Source: Chiloscyllium plagiosum (taxonomy: Eukaryota). Taken from it: a DNA stretch of 35,265 nucleotides. Position numbers and translations under genes: made by a program. Numbering within the stretch: the first letter of the stretch is position 1; each line of letters opens with the position of its first letter. The notes beneath the pieces were generated by a model, which had not been told where the DNA came from, did not search any database, and saw only the letters and a program-made list of their open reading frames with translations. Shown here in pieces: positions 34,421-35,265 of this stretch. The stretch covers positions 41,465,752 to 41,501,016 of the forward strand of contig NC_057719.1 in the NCBI RefSeq assembly GCF_004010195.1, read 5' to 3'.

Positions 34421-35137
34421 AAAGACTGATACAGGGCTCCAACACATAATCTCTGCTTATCATTTACATTTGAAACTTGTACTAAGAAAAGCTGCATGGT
34501 GCCTAGTGCAAACATGAGAGAATGCATTCATGAAATGTAAATAACATATGTTCACTTTTTAACAAAATGCTTATCAGACTTTTCATTCTTGTAGCCCTCA
34601 CAAAATTTGGATGATATTATTAAAAAAGCTCAATTTTGTTCCAATTTTGGAGCCGTGAAGCATATAGGTGAAAAATTGACTTTCTAAAAAAAACTTCAAC
34701 AGATCTTTAAGTCCATAGAATCACGACTCTATACTTCCTGCAGAGGATCAGGAATTCACCATATGTCTGGAGGACCATTTCAGCATTGACCTAACTGAAC
34801 TGATTTAAAACAGGTGTAAGCCAAAGTATTCCTTTTTAAAATTTTTATTGGTATGGCAAGTACCTAATTGTAAAGAGTGGAAGTAAATAGAGGCATTGGG
34901 ATCGGTGTCAGTTCTTGGGTTCCAATATGTCACCATGTAACTTGTCTTGCTGAAAGTATATTTTAGTCATATTTCTGTAATACTTCCATTCTGGCAATCC
35001 TTTCATAACACATCTCACTTGTCTAAATAATATTCACATCTAGTTCAAAAGGATGTGGGAATCTTTTGTTACAAAAGGTCTGTGAAATCAAATATAGATT
35101 AGTGCCATGACTTTTTTGGTAGTAGTACTAACAAAGA

Positions 35138-35265
35138 TGGGGAAGGTGGGACCTCTATAAACAGGATGGTCTACACCTGAACCTGAGGGGCACCAGTATC
35201 CTTGGCGGGAGGTTTGCTAGTGCTCTTTGGGGGGGTTTAAACTAACTCTGCAGGGGCATGGGAAC
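35138..35265 (+). mobile_element. CR1 ORF1 esterase (SGNH-like) C-terminal fragment; runs off the window edge
   Basis: WGRWDLYKQDGLHLNLRGTSILGGRFASALWGGLN* contains the DGLHLN motif. Confidence 0.85.

Noticed and set aside
34744..34813. Possible small exon (CTTCCTGCAG, EDQEFTICLEDHFSIDLTELI*)
   Set aside because: It is short, has no partner exons and no recognisable homology, and is compatible with chance.

Overview
Eukaryotic, AT-rich, repeat-dense non-coding DNA, most likely from a cartilaginous fish (shark). The basis is HE1/V-SINE-type SINEs with a matching CR1/HER1-like tail, a Deu-domain SINE and shark-type Penelope remnants; all family names are from recall, not a database search. I found no supportable host protein-coding exon, RNA gene or CRISPR array, so the window is probably intronic or intergenic. 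It holds one full-length but inactivated L1 LINE (10285-15782, minus strand, 15-bp TSD) and many CR1, L2 and Penelope fragments. It also holds three HE1-type SINEs, three decayed copies of an intron-containing Myb/SANT gene of PIF/Harbinger type, a 43-bp minisatellite, a perfect 112-bp direct duplication and a near-perfect ~254-bp inverted duplication. The most interesting signal is a Tx1-clade retrotransposon fragment inserted in sense orientation at the TATA box of a solo LTR with a perfect 15-bp TSD. A second copy of the family 7 kb away carries 13 bp of that same target sequence inside its poly(A) tail. Together these suggest a target-preferring, promoter-borrowing retroelement; this is a hypothesis, not a demonstrated system.
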